The translations under genes and the position numbers were made by a program. From Pristiophorus japonicus (Eukaryota), in contig NC_091992.1 in assembly GCF_044704955.1 (NCBI RefSeq), forward strand, positions 55,924,001 to 55,988,000: a stretch of DNA of 64,000 nucleotides. The letters are read 5' to 3'. This document shows, piece by piece, positions 63,241-64,000 of the stretch; within the stretch, counting starts at the first letter, position 1; each line of letters begins with the position of its first letter. The notes under the pieces were generated by a model that searched no databases, had not been told where the DNA came from, and worked only from the letters and a program-made list of their open reading frames with translations.

Positions 63241-63514
63241 TAAAGCTGGAGATGTAACCAATCTTGGATAAAGGGTTACCAGGCCAGTTAGAAGTGGTTT
63301 CATTGCTGTAATCTCTACCTGGGTTCCGAAATTCCAGATATGGAACAAAAAACATTTTACTAATTTTGGAACTTTTGTGACTTTTCTGACATTGTGAGGA
63401 AGCTCTGGATTTTTCTCCCCCACCCAACTGTTCTCTCTCCTCTCCTGAAACCGATAACTCAAGCTGGGGTACAGTTCCTGTTATTTGTGTTCAACTTTAT
63501 TAGAAAAAAAAAGG

Positions 63515-64000
63515 TGCCTGAGTAGGCCATTCAGCCCTTCGAGCCTGCACCACCATTCAATAGCCTACTCCTGCATCTCTTTTCTAATATGATCATGGCT
63601 AATCATGCAACTCCAGTACCCCACTCCTGCCTTCTCTCCATAAACCCTGATCTCTTTAGCAGTAAGGGCCACATCTAACTCCCTTTTGAATATATCCAGC
63701 GAACTGGACTCAACAACTTTCTGTGGTAGAGAATTCCACAGGTTCACAATTCTCTGGGTGAAAAAGTTTCTCCTCATCTCGGTCCTATATGCCTTACCCC
63801 TTATCCTTAGACTTTGATCCCTAGTTTTGGACTTCCCCAACATCGGGAACATTCTTCCTGCATCTAACCTGTCCAATCCCATCAGAGTTTTATAGGCTTC
63901 TATGAGATCCCCTCTAATTCTTCTAAATTCCAGTGAATATAAGCCTAGTCGATCCAGTCTTTCTTCATATGTCAGTCCTGCCATCCTGGGAATCAGTGAA
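63515..64000 (-). mobile_element. CR1 3' part (runs off right edge)
   Basis: ORF 63565-63984 = CR1 ORF2 C-terminus. Confidence 0.92.

Overview
Eukaryotic vertebrate DNA, most likely a cartilaginous fish (shark). That assignment is inferred from the repeat content: CR1 LINEs with (TTCTATGT)n-type tails, SacSINE1-like DeuSINEs and Penelope-like elements. Two host genes lie head-to-head. PEX12 is complete on the + strand (3 exons, 35735-40298, 358 aa). The 5' part of AP2B1 is on the - strand (probable non-coding exon 1 near 16559-16650, coding exons 9094-9151 and 7827-7932, continuing off the left edge). Most of the remainder is decayed, often nested transposable elements: two Gypsy LTR elements, a solo LTR, many CR1 copies, RTE, L2, a Vingi/Ingi-like LINE, Penelope-like elements, PIF/Harbinger elements (one with a spliced Myb/SANT gene remnant), a Tigger-like MITE and several SINE families. 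The best second-look items are a 9 x 32-bp minisatellite of NRF1-type motifs at the PEX12 promoter with an in-frame upstream ATG and splice donor, degenerate minimal hammerhead ribozyme motifs in Penelope-like termini, template-switch hairpins/inverted duplications, and ancient SINE families including one in the PEX12 3'UTR. I found no clear evidence of a wholly new multi-gene system. TE family names come from recalled motifs, not database searches, and TE boundaries without a stated TSD are approximate.
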